Part shown: positions 35,799-48,592 of the stretch, piece by piece
How the letters are laid out: each line of letters starts with the position of its first letter
Position numbering within the stretch: the stretch's first letter is position 1
Source: Sphaerodactylus townsendi
Taxonomy: Eukaryota
NCBI RefSeq assembly: GCF_021028975.2
Contig: NC_059437.1
Span: 27,094,001 to 27,158,000, forward strand
Direction of reading: 5' to 3'
Length of the DNA: 64,000 bases
Program-made: the position numbers and the translations under genes
The notes under the pieces: model-generated
Database searches by the model: none
Told to the model about the DNA's origin: nothing
The model's input: the letters and a program-made list of their open reading frames with translations, nothing else

Positions 35799-36735
35799 AT
35801 AGTCATACAAACAAATCCATAAAAACACAAAGACACAAACCAGAAGCAAATATCAGAGAATTGAAATCACTGAACCAAACAAACGAGCACAAAAAAACCA
35901 CATAAATGGATAAAACAGGGAACACTGACATAATTTCTTTTGTCCCTATTGCAATGTAAGGTTTCTCGCCTTATCTGGTATTACATTTACTTTTTAATAT
36001 GGGGCTTAAAAATGCTGCACATGATACAGGAGTGTGCTTTTCAGAACCAGCCAACCTGCAAGTAACACAATCTGTTGTCTCTATCAGGAGGTGCAAAATG
36101 TACAGAGAGGATGAAGTTCCAAGGGAGGTATTTATCAACCACATTCTGGAGGACGTTGGGTGGAAAAGACCAGGCTGAGAAATGAAATACGCTTAATGAG
36201 CCGCAGCAAACATGGACTCAAGAGAGCACTTTGAAAAACATCATTCACAATGTGGGAATGGTGGATTCAATATGCAGTCCTGCTGGCTGCAATGTAATGG
36301 GGACTCAAGGGGGAGGAAATTTTCTTGTGGCTGTCGAAAAATCTCCCTATTTCATCTTTATAGTATTGCATACAGCTTAGCATTAAATAATTCATCTCCA
36401 AGATTTGAGGGGCCCCCAGGCAAGGCACATTCTGTGGACCCCCTTATCCTGAATACAGCGAACAAAACCAAGAATTTTTGGAAAGCTGGGACCATATCTC
36501 CAATTGGCCTTGAAATTAATGCTGCTGCTTCTTTTTTCTTTCTTTCTTTTTCTTTTTTGGTGCTTAGGATGTTGATTCCTTCTCTGTCATCCCAGAATGT
36601 CTATCTGATGTTCTACCCTTCCATTAATCCAGTTTAACTAGGAATTTTTTAAAATCAAAATTAACTTCAGAATTGGATGCACAGTTTAGCCCAATTAGCA
36701 TTTTGTCCATTCACATTTTCTCTTTGTTGCCAAGG

Positions 36736-37038
36736 AGAAGGTGGAGGAGGCAGAGGAGTTTGGATTTATACCCTCCTTTCTCTCATGTAAGGAGACTCAA
36801 AAGGCTTACAAACTGTTTTCCTTCCTCTCCCCACAACAGACACCTTGTGAGGTCGGTGGGGCTGAGAGAACTCCAAAGAACTGTGACTAGCCCAAGCTTA
36901 TTCAGTAGAAATGTAGGAGTTGGGAAACAAATCTGATTCACCAGATAAGAATCTGCTGATCATGTGGAGGAGTGAGGAACTAAATCCAGTTCTCCAGATT
37001 AGAGTCGACCTGCTCTTAACTAATACACCACGCTGGCT
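36736..37038 (-). mobile_element. Full-length tRNA-derived SINE (Squam3-like)
   Basis: The reverse complement begins AGCCAGCGTGGTGTATTAGTTAAGAGCAGG (A-box) and ends GGGTATAAATCCAAACTCCTC. A near-identical copy lies at 57250. Confidence 0.8.
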
Positions 37039-38658
37039 GTCAAGGTCCACATTAATATTGATTGATCTGATTTCAACTCTGTATTTCAATCTAGATAGAA
37101 AGATCCCTGCAGTGACTTACACAGAATGATAAAATACAATCTATTTGGGAGATGCATCAGTTTTTGACATAGCAATTCTGTAGCATGATAGTCTGCCCAA
37201 TTTCAGTTCGCATCAAGCCATTCTGGTTTTTCTCAATTCATTCATCCAGTCTCACTCCTGTGGATGGTCAGCTAATAGGCTGTATACTTTTTATTCCTTT
37301 CCTCTCCCAGCTAGAAGATCAAACATCCCAAAGACAGTTGATGGGATCGTATATATGGCTGCATCAAGATTCTTTCTGTGTGGTGTTGTTTCACCAATTC
37401 ACACAAGCCCTCTAGCAGATCAATAAGTTCCCCTTCAAATAAGTTCCAATGCAATGGTACCATAAATCACTAAATGGGAGATGTTTGACAGCATTGTATC
37501 AGTGTACACATGGACAGCAGTAATGTGTGGAGAGGAACTGCAAGCACTGAAATTCAGGGTTGTTTTTTTAAAGGAACCATGGGGGATTCTGAATGTGTCA
37601 GTTCCACATTGAAAACAAGGGGAGTTGATTTGGAACTTCTGTATTGAGAGCAGTCTTCAGAGGAGGATTTTGGAAATGCCTCTGGTCTGTGAGATGCGAT
37701 TTTGAGCAATTCCAGCAAAATCTATTACATTGCTATGATTAGTATTCATTAGAATGTATTTCTTCATAAGCAAATGAAAAGATTAAACCCAGAAACATCA
37801 TTGGCCATTCCAGAAGACAGGAGTGTTATGAGGGATTTAAAAGCAGAGCAGATTGATACATGGCACAGGTCTATCTAGTTCAGATTTTTTCCTCCCAACA
37901 ATGGCCAAGCAGATGACTCTGGCATTGAAAAACTGGGAGCTGCTTTGACAAAATTGTAGGAATATGATCTAGAGAGAATAGGGAGAATTTGGTTTTTAGA
38001 CTGTGTAGTATTATTCCACAGGGACATGCTTCTTTTGATCTGAAGAGCCATAAAAGTTCAACAAATATAGGAGATACTTAGCACCAAATTAAACAAATCA
38101 TTTAAAGCATACTCATAAAATCAAAGCGGCAAAATCAACCAAGCTTATTATACCATGGCAAAAAGTACAAAGAGAGAATAAGAAAAGCTTCTCAAAGTAT
38201 TTCTTTAAGAACATATCAACACATTAAATGGCATTATATTGTGCCATAAAGCCAATAATTAGTTGGGGAACAACCAAGGAAGACTCTTGTACTGGGACAC
38301 CCCCAAGTACAGGCTTCCCAATCTGCTCTATGAGCAGTGCTGAACGCACCTTATTCCCTTTGGGATGCTTCCATCATACCCCAAGCCACTCTAATCCAGG
38401 CACATCACAGCACTTACCTCCAGACGGCTCCTCAACACCTCTGTCTTGGGTGGCCTGGCAGGTTGCCCTCTGCCCTCTGGTAGGCAAATCTTCAGCAGCC
38501 CTTCACCCTGTGTGCCTGTCTCTCCCAACAGCAATGGTAAGAGGTGGAAAGGACTTCCTCCAAGGCTGACAGAGAGGAAGTATTAGGACACTGCTAGTAG
38601 CCCACAGCCAAAGCCAAGCAGGAGGGCAGGAGCACCTCACAAGAATCCCCATTGGGTA

Positions 38659-38875
38659 TAAGGTTGCCAACCTCCAGCTGGTGGTTAGAGATCTCCTGCT
38701 ATTACAACTGATCTCCAGGTGACAAAGACATCTGGAGAAAAAAGCCATTTTGGAAGGTGGCGCCTATGGCACTGTGCCTATGACACTGTACCCTGCTGAG
38801 GGCCCTCCCCTTTCCAAACCCTGCCCTGTAACCCCCCCCCTCCAGGTATATCCCATCTCAAACCTGGCAACCCTA
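38659..38875 (+). mobile_element. hAT non-autonomous element (TAGGGTTGCCA family)
   Basis: TAAGGTTGCCAA / CTGGCAACCCTA; TSD ATTGGGTA / ATTGGGCA (7/8). Confidence 0.85.
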
Positions 38876-40365
38876 ATTGGGCATCAGGGAACATTTTTCA
38901 CAGTCGAATGTGGAATCTAGAAATCCTGGGAGTAAGAGTAGACAATAAGGTAGAGCACAGCAAGGGATGGGATAAGGGGAGTGGAAGTTACAATCTTTCT
39001 GTCCCCTTAAAATTGTAAGAGGAGTAGGCCCATTGGTGAAGCAACACCCCTTTAAATGAAGACCAGAATCAAGGCCAAGGCAGAGATGATCTGGGGAGGT
39101 TCTATGGTACAGAGAACCTGCCAGCCACATGTTGGAGCTGCATGGCTTTTGGTATTCTGTCCCATTCTGAGGCCACTGATGCTTATAAAGGCTCACCTTG
39201 TGTCAGATTGGAAAGCCTGTGATATGATATGCTGACATAGCATCTATTTTCTCCAGGGCAATTGATCTCTGTAGTCCGGAGATGAGCTGTAATTCCAGGG
39301 GATTCCCAGGTCCTTCCTCAAGGCTGGCATCCTTAATGTATTATATGATTAGGCCCTCCAGAGTCTCACAGAGGACAGGCATGCAGAAAGGCAGAATACC
39401 CTGTAAGGCAAAGAAACAACACAGCAATCCCTGAATTTTGGGGGTCTGAAAAGCCATTCAGCTTCCCTTAGGCCACCTTGTGAGGAGGTAACTGCAGTCT
39501 ATTTGATTGCTGGGAGGGGGAATCTGCCATTCCTGGCTCACATTCTTCTCCATTACAGTACACCAGCTCTGTGTACAATACTGACATCCATATCTCAGCT
39601 ATATTTTGACAAGACCAAGAGCTGTGGTTTGGGATTTACTGGGGTTGTTTGCTCAACAATGAATTATTCCCCCCTCCAAAAGGAGGGGGGAATCCCAAGA
39701 AGCTTTCTTCCTGTCTGATACTTGTTCAGACTTTGTAAGTAAACACATTTCACCTGTGACAGTCCTCAGTAAACCGAAGACAGCAGTACCTTGTCTGATG
39801 TAAACAGCTTTTAGTTACTCCCTTGTGTACAGTGATTTTTTTAAAGGCTTTACTCTTCAGACAACATCATTCACGGCATGATGCTTCTCCAGCCTGTCCA
39901 TGTGAGTTGTCAGTTACTCTTTTCTACAGCAGGGCCACAGGGGACACTCCTCCCAAGAAGCCAGTTGGTAAGGTGGGGGGAAAAACACCCAAATTGTCCA
40001 GAGCCTTCAAGAGACAAAAACACCTCTAAGAAGCAGGCATTGCCTGAACACTGGGAGTAGGAACAGTGCTAAGAAAAATAAAAAGGCATATTTAAGGTGC
40101 TGGATGTGGTTTTAGTGATGGATTCTGGTCTTATTGCTGACTGGCTCAACTTTTGTTGTTTCTGATTGGTCCAAGAAGCAAAGTGGGAATTTGGAGTGTG
40201 GGAGCCGATGGCTTTGTATGCTCTCAAAAGAGGCTGTGATCCAAAGAAACCAAGTGTCTGCACTCAAGGTTGTTTTTTGTTTGTTAAGCAATTTTTGAGA
40301 ATGGCATGGTTGTTGGCTGGTGACAAAAAAAACACAGACATTCTTACTGGGCAACACCTAAAGTT

Positions 40366-40565
40366 CAGGGCTGCCAACTCTTGAATGGGAAATTCCTAAG
40401 ATTTGGGGGTGAATATTGGAGAGGGAAGGGACTGCAAAGGGTATAATGCCATACAAGCCACACTTCAAAGCATCCATTTCCTCCAGGTGAACTGATCTGT
40501 GTAGTTTGGATATCAGTTGTAATTCCAGGAGATTTCCAGGTTCCCACTGGAGGTTGACAACATCA
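40366..40565 (-). mobile_element. hAT non-autonomous element (TAGGGTTGCCA family), inverted
   Basis: CAGGGCTGCCAAC / GTTGACAACATCA; TSD CTAAAGTT / CTAAAGCC. Further degraded copies near 25060, 51000, 52180 and 53230. Confidence 0.75.
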
Positions 40566-41873
40566 CTAAAGCCATTCCCTCAGTCTAAAACATCTTAATT
40601 TCCTGTTAGAAGAGCTATAGCTCTCACTTAAGGGGCAAACCTGGGTTATAGTGCTTCATGCTATGGAGATTCACACAACTGTGCTCCATCATAAATGTGC
40701 CTTGTTCATAAAAAGCTAGGTGTGAGACAGCCTAAGTGTTCCAGAGCCTTTTTTCTAATGTGGGAGGTTTTGATGTTGAGGAAGCTTTATTCACAAGGCT
40801 CCGTTTGTGCAAGCTCCTGCCTTTTGTCACTGAGAACTAGGTCAACATTTGACTTAATACTGGCATAATCCAAACTCAAGTATGACCATTGTGGTTTCCA
40901 CTCTACCTCTAGCATGGTAGCTCCACATTGAGTTTATTACATTTTAGGCAGCCCAGGGTTTTTTTTTGGGGGGGGGGATTCCCTTCTGGAGGCAGTGTGG
41001 GCTTACGCAGCTGGGATCGCCCTTCCCTGGGTACTTATCCCAGCAGAGGAGCAAATCTGCTGGTGGCCAGCCACTGTGGCACCCTGTAAAAGCCAACCAT
41101 GACATCTGGCCTCACATCGGTGGTCCCACACCATCCCCAGCTACATCAGTGTGGTGGGGGTGTTCTGGGGGCATTCCAGGGGGTGGGACCAACCCTGGTT
41201 GACCTCCACATCCTGATCGCCCCCATGCGCTAGTGGTGTCTCCAGCAGTGATACACTAGGATTTTTGTGGTGCATCCTTATTTGTCCCTGTGGGGGCTTT
41301 GAGGTGAGTGCTTTTTAAAACATTTTCAGATTTCCCATGCTGCAGAAAAGCCCATTGGAGTGGGTGGAGTGCTGCCATAGCAGCATCATCCCCTCTCACC
41401 TGACAGCTCTGGATTGGCCTGCAAGTCACTTTTCCTCCCAGCAATTCAAAGCACCTTTCTCAGGAATCCAAAGTACACTACATTTTTTCCTTTTAATTTC
41501 ACATTTTTTTCTTCTGGTTTCAGAAAGATTTTCCCTTCATTTTTTTTTCCTTCTGTTGGTTCCCCTAGCACTTTTACTGTTTCCAAGTCAGGTTCTCTTC
41601 AGTGTGTGATCATATTGAAATGATCTGAATTTCTTTTTCCCACCAAACACTTGGCCCTTATCCACAGCTCCATGTAGTTGCTCAAGCTCCTCTTCAGCCA
41701 TTGTCTCCTGCCCTTTGCCCTCCACTTTCAAAAATAATTTCAACAACATTCCTCTGTTGCATTAGCATTGTCATGTAAGGGCACAGACACAAGTCAAGTC
41801 AATTGTATTATCTTTGTCAATTTCATCCCAAATAAGTGATGTCATGTTACGTGAAGAAACAATTTGTCTGCAA

Positions 41874-42020
41874 TTAGGAGTGAGTAAAATTGACAATGGA
41901 AGTTGCTTTTGCAGGAGGAAACTGACAAGGGACGGCAACTGTTTGGTGCTTTATGGCAGCAGTCCGTCATCAATTTCCTTCTGGAAAAATACTTCCCTTG
42001 TCAATTTCACTCACCTCTAA
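41874..42020. repeat. Old imperfect inverted repeat (hairpin, ~60-bp arms)
   Basis: GTGAGTAAAATTGACAATGGAAGTTGCTTTTGCAGGAGGAAACTGAC pairs with TCAATTTCCTTCTGGAAAAATACTTCCCTTGTCAATTTCACTCAC. Confidence 0.75.
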
Positions 42021-42032
42021 CAACCCACACAT

Positions 42033-43114
42033 GGGTATGTTCCACACAGTCAAAATAAAACATTCTGGGGACACTTAAAAAAGGTGTTCTGGGAAGGCAC
42101 TCTGCAAAGCTTTCTTCCCACGACATCCTCAGGATGCCTTCTTTCAGCTCAAGGCATCTTTTGGGGAGAATACTTCAAAGTGCACCTTTCTTCCCTAAGC
42201 CACCTGCAAGACGTCTCCTGCCTGGCTGTGCAGAACGCAGAACTCAGGAGGTGTCTTATATTCCCCTCCCAACCATTTTGCTCTCTGGTCAATTTCACTC
42301 TCAGCTTGTGCTCGACCTTTTGTGTGCAGTTGAAGGGATTCTCCCTGCTGCCATTCGCTGAAGATTTCCCCAGGACCTTTGCTCTGCAGGCTCTGATCAG
42401 GGTGACTTTTCAGCCAAAATAATACATAGTTGTACTTCTGTGGTCCTGCAGATTCAGGCAATACTTAGGTTTCCTATTTTTTTTTTAAATGATGAGCTAT
42501 TTTCATAGCTACGCAGATACAAATATGAGAATCTTAGCCACTCAGAAGACCTGTCTACCTCCCATTGAGAAGCACTGGATTGACCTGCCCTCTGTGAACT
42601 GATGGGGTTTTTTGGTGCAATAAGAAAAATGTAAGACAGTCCACAGAAGGCAGGTTAACCCAATGCCACTCAATGGGAGTTTGATGGGTTTTTGGCTGTT
42701 AAGATTCTCGTATTCGTGTCTGCATAGCAACATAGATAGCTCTTCAATCTTTTTTTTAACAAGGAAAACTATATATTGCCAGACTTGGCAGGACCAGCTG
42801 AGTACAGCTATATATTTTTTTGGGCTGAAAAGGCACCCAGTATCAGACCCTGCAAATGTCTTGGGGCAACCTTCAGCAAATGGCAGCAGGGAGAATCCCT
42901 TCAGCTACACACAAAATGTTGGGTGCAAGCTGAGGGCAGGAAACAGTGTCTTTTCCCCTCTAATGCCTTTGTTGTCTGGAAAGCACACCGGAAACCGCCT
43001 CTTTTTAAGATGTTCCCTGGACATCTTATCTTGGGTGGGCTAAGTGAGAAGAAGCATCCCCCTCTTTTTAAGATGTCCCACAGATGTCTTTTTTGTGCTG
43101 TGAAGAATGGACTT
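42033..43114. mobile_element. ~1.1-kb foldback (palindromic) non-autonomous DNA element
   Basis: 42033-42540 and 42690-43114 are reverse-complement homologues (e.g. GGATTCTCCCTGCTGCCATTCGCTGAAG vs CTTCAGCAAATGGCAGCAGGGAGAATCC). Confidence 0.75.
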
Positions 43115-44169
43115 GAAATATAGAAAACACCATAGATGGCCTCTGTCAATAGAGCCTGAAGTGAGATGGTGGATTGAGGAGCACATCTACATCCCCAAGA
43201 GCATCTCTGCTGATATTTCCATCAATTGACTACCTGCCAGATAAAAGGTAGTTCCCAAAGATTTGTAGAGCTGTGAATTCAGCATTTGTATCTGACCCCT
43301 GACAATAGATCTTAATTAGAACTTGGCAGAGGAAGAGCAGCAAAAATGCTTCATACATTATATGAAAGTAAGGTTGAACTGAATTTTTTTAAAAATTGGC
43401 ATTTTTAATTCGCTACATAACTAGAAAGAACTCTGAACATTTAATTGTCTAGTTTTTGATCTGTTACATTGCCAAGCTGTATATCTTACTGGGTGAAAAT
43501 GTCAAACTTTCAGTGAAGAATTGATATTTTGAGACAAATACTCTCTTGATTAAAGTCACTTCGCCCAAACTCTTTTTCACTGAAACCTGTTAAATCATCT
43601 GATTCATTTCCAGCCTCTATTAATATTCATACAGTGGAAAACTATAAAAGGATAGTTAAATTGAATACCACTAACATGATTAAAATCTACTGAGATGCAA
43701 TGTAAATTTGAATAAACTACACTTTAAAAATGGATGAAAACAAATTCTGGAGAGGTCTGAATGTTCTTCTGGTGTAATCCTTTGAGAATATAGACACAAA
43801 CAGACATGATGAAGACCACAGGTCTTTGTCTGTCTATAAAAACACAAATTGTACACATAGCTTCAATTCAGATTGAATATACATGGAAGAGGGAGAAAAG
43901 ATTTAACTTTTCAACTCCTAATTGGTTTTGCTAATTGAATTCAGGCTTCTCTTGCTGTTATTCATGTTTTAAAGTAGAAAAGACTGATTTTTTAAAGGAT
44001 ACTCCACTTTTTAAGCCAATATCAATCACTAATGGAGCCTAGTTTTGATGATCAAAAATAAGTGGAGGTTGAAGGGATAAGTTTTCTCTCCAAAATGTGT
44101 GTGCAAAATTTGCCTTTACAGATGGATGCAGGTTGCCAACCTCCAGGTAGTGGCTGGAGTTTTACAATG

Positions 44170-44600
44170 CTAACAGTTGGAAGGGACTGTATATGCCATC
44201 TAGTTGACCTTGCTGCCTCCACTCAGTGCAGGAAAACCAAATTTAGAACAGCTTTAACAAATGGGAGGGAGGTAGATTTGCCCCCTTCCAGGCAATTGAT
44301 TTCATTGTCTAACCATGCTTATCGCCCTTCGGGGATGNNNNNNNNNNNNNNNNNNNNNNNNNNNNNNNNNNNNNNNNNNNNNNNNNNNNNNNNNNNNNNN
44401 NNNNNNNNNNNNNNNNNNNNNNNNNNNNNNNNNNNNNNNNNNNNNNNNNNNNNNNNNNNNNNNNNNNNNNNNNTCAACTGAAATTGCTTTCATGTAACTT
44501 AAGCTCATTAGATCTACTCTTGCCCTCCAAAATAGGGAAAAACAAGTCTTCAACCTGTTCCTAGTGCCACCTTTCAGGTATCTGAAGAGAACAGCCATGT
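44170..44600 (-). mobile_element. CR1 LINE 3' fragment spanning the assembly gap
   Basis: The minus strand of 44474-44598 reads MAVLFRYLKG....L..FSL...RVDL..L.Y....(CR1 ORF2 C-terminus). TTGGAAGGGAC..GCCATCTAGT at the 3' end. Confidence 0.65.
44338..44473. other. Assembly gap (136 N)
   Basis: Run of N, beginning right after an L2-type tail motif CGCCCTTCGGGGATG. Confidence 1.
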
Positions 44601-47124
44601 CTAGGGCTGCCTAGTCTTCTACTATAGAGAAAAAAACCTTCTCCTAGCAGCTCCCACCCCCTCTCACTGCACAGTAGAGTGGTAGAGGAAGAAAATGTGG
44701 AAGAAATTGTCGTTCCTCCAACACTGCTACATCTGTTCCTGCACCAGAAGTGCCATCACTCATCAGAGCAGTGGTGATTTGCATTTTCTCCCAGCCTCCC
44801 ACTGGTTGCAATACTTGGCTAGCAACCCAAGTCATGTTACCCTCAGTTTTTCTTTACAGGCTGGACAACGTGTTAAATCAATGTTAGATCACCAATATAC
44901 AGACAAATAACTTATAAACAGAACTCACATTAGAAACATTAGTACTCAGGACAAAGTCAACCCATTTCCCACAAAGTATTTGTGCTACAAAAATTTTGAT
45001 CTGATACAGACAAAAACTGGTTATCTCTCACATATTTCTTGTCTGGTGTAAAATGAATAGTCATCAATATTAATACTGTTAATAATTTTATCCAAAGAAA
45101 CTCCGAACAAAAAAAAAGAACTAAAATGGAGTTAATTGTGAGATCACATAAAGATTCCAACAGTGCTAATTGTAAGATCATGAACAGGAAGGGAAATGTA
45201 TTGGGTAGATTGCATATGGAATATCATATTGATTATCACTATAACTGGTATGTCCTGGGTATTGAGACCAGTAGGACACAGTATAAGCATTGTTTTGGAT
45301 AATTGTTTCATGGCTTCAATTTGGTCCCCCAAGTTCATTCAGATTCCTACAAATGATTTTGTTGTTTCCAAAATAAAACGGGGGAATCTTCCAATGTTTC
45401 TTTTTTATTTTTAAAATTTGCAATGTGGTGTGTATACAATCCCTTATAGCTTTCCATTTTTTCATTTCATTCACGCCTTTCCATGTCCCCTTTGCACTCA
45501 TGGTGTGCATGTGGCTTACTTGCAAAAGGATTCTCCAAACAGGAAAATCCCTGAGACAAATGATCACAATGGCACAATATCTGATGAACTGTAGATCCAG
45601 TAGTGTCACCAGTCCTAGGCTTTGGTCTGGAGTTCCAGCTAAGCCGGGTTCAGAAGTGGGTGATCAAAGGCAGGCTGTCGCTTTGCATTTGAAGCACATA
45701 TTAACATCAAAAGGAGGCTCCCCAGAAGACTATGAAATCCAGAGCATAAATGTCAAGACATGGCCTACAGTATTATTTTCTTTCTATTAGTTTGTTTGGG
45801 TTTTTTTAAAATATATATATTTGTATTTCAGAAGCTATTATGGCTGAAAGAAAGAAAGGAAATAGGAACATTCAGAGAACATCATGCATTTAAGCTGAAG
45901 CAAGCAAAGTAACACAAACTGCTTATGTTCCAATTCCATAATTAATTATAGTGATTTTCCTAGCTAAACTGGAAATCAAGAAAAATGAAATTCAGAGCTA
46001 GATGTGCCCAATGACCAAAAATTTAAAAAAAGGAAAAGGAAAAATGGAACGGGAAAATCCGCTCATCCCTAATTGCCAGTTCCCTATTTAAACAAAAACA
46101 AACAGAACGATGGGTGCATTATTCTTCCCAGTTAGAAAGATATTTTCTATGTCTTTCATAATCATGATCAATTTTGCAACTGTTATCATCTGTCAAATGC
46201 AATCAAGAGCCTTGTCTTTTGGATTCCTACAAGGCAGGTGTTTTATATACCCAAACAAACCCCTCATATGTTCCTTTTATCTGCCAACTGCATTAAGAAC
46301 CTACAGATGCTTCATTGCTTTTTTCCCCATTATTAAAAAAAATCCTTTTTATCAATTAATTTGAAGATGTAAGTTTACTTGCAGTCTATGTCATCAAATA
46401 TTTGTAAACAGAAGAGATTAACACCTGAAATTACGTTGTCTAGCACATTCTATCGGGAACTTTACCTGACAGCTAAGAAATGAGATTTGTGTGTAATTAT
46501 TAATCATTACATGCTGCATGCACAAAACCCAACTGTTTCCTTGCCACTTGCTTGCAAACCAAAAATCAACATGTAGAAATGTCAATGAGATGAAAATTGT
46601 TTCTTGTCTCATGTAGATTTGGGAATCTACCTAAGCAAGAGATTCAATGGCCCCCTTTCCTGACATCTGCAAACAAACAGAACTGGTGTGGTGTGCTGAT
46701 TAGAGGTTTGAACTAAAACTGGTTGTCCCTAATCAGCCATGAAGCAAACTGGGTGGGTCAGCCTAACATCTTACAGGGTTGTTGTGGGGATAAAATAGGG
46801 GTAGTGGTTGGTTGAATCCAACAATCTACAGATGTGGCTTAAGGACTACAAATCTTTCCCACATTCCTCTACCACCTAAAGCCATTCCCTATATTCAGAA
46901 AATTTATTCAGGGAGCTGTGATACTCATATGAAATAACAGTCACAAGAATCAGGAGGCTAGAGTGGTATAGGGAACAGAGGTATGAGAGTGCCCTGCCAT
47001 GTTCTCCTTCCATCAGCAGAGCTGTACTGCCTGCATCACTGCAGGCTCCTCCCCCACTTGGCTGTTGAACTTTCCTAGGATTGGGAAGGACTTTTTGGGG
47101 GTGGGGACGGGTATTGGAAAGGAA

Positions 47125-47352
47125 ACCCAGCGTGGTGTAGTGGTTATCAGTGGTGGACTCTAGTCTAGAGAACCAGGTTGGATCCCCCACTGTACGACTT
47201 GAAGCCTGCTGGATGACTTTGGGCTGCTTTCAGAATTCCCTCAGCCCACTTAGAGGCAGGCAGTGGCAAACTACCTTTGAATGTCTCTTGCCTTGAAAAT
47301 CCTATGGGGGTATCCATAAATCAGCTGTAACATGAAGGCACTTTCCACCACT
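47125..47352 (+). mobile_element. tRNA-headed SINE with Sauria-type tail
   Basis: CCAGCGTGGTGTAGTGGTTA (A-box), GGTTGGATCCC (B-box), GAGGCAGGCAGTGGCAAAC..CTCTTGCCTTGAAAATCCTATGGGG. Confidence 0.8.
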
Positions 47353-48592
47353 ATCATGCTGCAAAGGCTGATAACCATCAGTGCCTTCCCCTGACAAATT
47401 GTGTGGATTAGCACTGTCCTGAGATCCCTGGAGTAAGAAGGAATAAAAAAATCTGATGGGCAGAACTTGCAATGAAGTAACCTATCCTAGAATGTTGACC
47501 AATTTATTGTGACAATTAGCAATTGAAAAGGGATATAATTACGAACAGCGCCACACTAAGAACGTAAATGTGATAAGGTACTCCCCAAATTATATTGTTA
47601 TTGAATAATTGTAATATTTATAACCACTTGTTATCATTATTCTTTATTATGATCCTAACTAACCTAGAACAATCATGAAGGAAGTTCTTCCGAGTAAACC
47701 CATTTCATAAACTTTTGCAAGGAAGAACTTCTTGATCCTGTTATTTTCAACTTTTATTCTTCTCAGCCTTCCTTTTGCAAATTCCCAAAACAGCATGAGT
47801 TTGACTGGGCTGGGGAAAAGAAACTGATCCAAGGTCACTTCATGAGCTGGACTGTGTGGGCCTGAACTAAGACTCTCTAGTCTAAGTTCAGCCCTCTGTC
47901 AACGACACCATGCTGGGTTGTTGCATTATTACAGAATAACACATCATTGTTATCAAATATGACAATAATTTATCCAGCAACTTCAGTTCAAGCAAGAGCA
48001 GAAGGATGGGTAAATTCCCACTGTTGTTTTCTTTTTAGTTATATTTTTTTCCACATTGTTTTGCTCTACATTCCTCCTCCATTCCTGTTTAACCAAGATT
48101 ATTTCTAAAATTATTTCTGAAATCACATCAGGCAGAGTTAGCTCAGTTAGCGTATGTCTTGCATGTGCAGTGGCAAAAAAGTACTTTTGATACAGGCACA
48201 TGGATAATCTTGTCAAGATTCCCTCTGACCCTCCCCCCTCAACCGTGTTCTACAAAATCTTCACATGCTCTCCTCTTCATTGGTAAAACACTGCAGAAAA
48301 TTAATCTTGATACAATCATCAGTGTTTCTTGTTCTCAGGGTTTTATTAGAGTGTATCAGTAATATCCAGGGGGAAAGTTGCATGAACAAAATGGCAGACT
48401 TTACATGCCACTAGGATGTGGTGATTAGCTTCTTGGACTGAGGTGACTGTGGCTCAGAAACAGAGCATCAGCTTTGCATGGACTGGAGGAGGTTCCAGTC
48501 TCAGAGCCTGGCACCCCATTTAAAAGGACGAGGTGGTAGGAAAAATGAAAGACTGAGATTCTGGAGAGATGCTGCTGCCCATCAGAGCAGAC

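Noticed and set aside
44062-44598. ORFs spanning the N run
   Set aside because: Artefacts of translating through the assembly gap.
47125-47190. tRNA gene-like A/B boxes (also 22945, 36970-37038, 57480-57553)
   Set aside because: No complete cloverleaf, and they continue into SINE bodies.
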